Shown here piece after piece: positions 63,045-64,000 of a stretch of DNA of 64,000 nt. Every line of letters begins with the position of its first letter. Positions within the stretch are counted from its first letter, which is position 1. The notes under the pieces were generated by a model. The model did not search any database, was not told where the DNA came from, and saw nothing but the letters and a program-made list of their open reading frames with translations. Source of the DNA: Camelus ferus (taxonomy: Eukaryota). A program made the translations under genes and the position numbers. The DNA lies in the NCBI RefSeq assembly GCF_009834535.1, contig NC_045697.1, forward strand, positions 12,464,001 to 12,528,000, read 5' to 3'.

Positions 63045-63243
63045 GCCTGGAGAGAATGCTGCATTCAGTTGTAAGCTCTAAATTTTATTTCCTCTCCAGC
63101 TTCTTAGTAACTATGTGACCCTTTGGAAATTTACATAACCTCTCAGAGCCGTGGCTTCCTCTTCTGTAAAATGGATCTTAAATATCACGCATAAAAGTGC
63201 TTCACTAGGCATAAAGAACTAAATAAATATAAACTACTTATTG
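63045..63243 (+). mobile_element. MIR
   Basis: aactatgtgacc..taacctctcagagcc..ttcctcttctgtaaaatgg. Confidence 0.75.
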
Positions 63244-63400
63244 CCATCTAGGCCGAATTGCAATCCAGTTCAATCACTACAACCTAACAGTCTTCCTGAT
63301 GCTCTTGAAATCCGAATCAATAATAAACCAGCCACTGACAGAGTGTAAGCTGGACACACCTGCCTGGTGTTCCAAGGAATCTAAACGCTGAATAAGCCAC

Positions 63401-63757
63401 TGTCATGGACTGAATGTTCATGTCTCCCAAAATTCCTATGTTGCAGTCCTAACCCCCAGAGCCAAGGCATTAAGAGGTGAGGTCTTTGAGAGGTAATTAG
63501 GGTTAGCTGAGGTCAAGTGGGTAGGGCCTTAAGATGGGATTAGTGCCCTTCTAGAAGGGAAAGACACCAGAGTTTCCTGTCTCCTCCACGTGAGGACACA
63601 GTGAGAAGGTGGAATCTGCAAGCCCAGAAAAGGGCTTTCGCCAAGAACCAAATCACCGGCCCGCTAGCCCTGGAATTCCCAGCCTCCAGGACGGAGAGCA
63701 ATAATGTGTGTTATTTAAGTCATCCATTTTTGCTGCAGCAGCCTGAGCAGACTGCCA
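63401..63757 (+). mobile_element. MLT1A MaLR solo LTR, full length
   Basis: tgtcatggactgaatgtt..gtgaggacacagtgagaagg..cctgagcagactgcca. Perfect 5-bp TSD gccac (63396-63400 / 63758-63762). Confidence 0.9.
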
Positions 63758-63922
63758 GCCACTGTGGCGGCCAGTACAGACACCCCTTCTCAAACACAGA
63801 CTGTCAACTATAGAAATGTTTTGTTTACCAGGAGTTTCAACTCAACTCTTTTATTTAAGTTTCTACCCCCTTCTTTACTCACCTTTTATTTGGTAAGATA
63901 CAAGCCTCCTTATCATTTTTGT

Positions 63923-64000
63923 CCTCTTAATACCGTGGCTCTGGGGGTTAGGACTGCAACATAGGAATTTTGGGAGACATGAACATTCAGTCCATGACAG
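63923..64000 (-). repeat. Inverted near-identical copy of 63400-63477 (MLT1A 5' end); runs off the window end
   Basis: The reverse complement matches 63400-63477 at 76 of 78 nt. Confidence 0.95.

Overview
Mammalian non-coding, repeat-dense genomic DNA (intergenic or deep intronic). It is most likely from a camelid (camel/alpaca/llama), because it carries three tRNA-Ala-derived Vic-1-type SINEs with target-site duplications (TSDs). I find no credible protein-coding exon, RNA gene, CRISPR array or prokaryotic-type system. The ORFs in the track are decayed LINE/LTR sequence, simple repeats or chance. The window is a mosaic of old and younger L1 fragments, MIR/L2/CR1 relics, MaLR (MLT1), ERVL and ERV1 solo LTRs, hAT MITEs and microsatellites, with several nested insertions. 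The most notable observations are: a near-perfect recent inverted duplication of an ancient MLT1A LTR end at the right edge of the window; a twin-primed (5'-inverted) L1 split by a second L1 with a possible short 3' transduction; an L1 ORF2 fragment truncated at both ends; two copies of an ERVL-like LTR sharing an identical 37-nt splice-donor + poly(A)-signal block; a MER41-like LTR with a degenerate tandem GAS site; and a TE-poor, CpG-enriched candidate regulatory block at about 38.9-40.5 kb. Repeat subfamily names come from recalled consensus motifs, not from a RepeatMasker run. Boundaries without TSD support are approximate.
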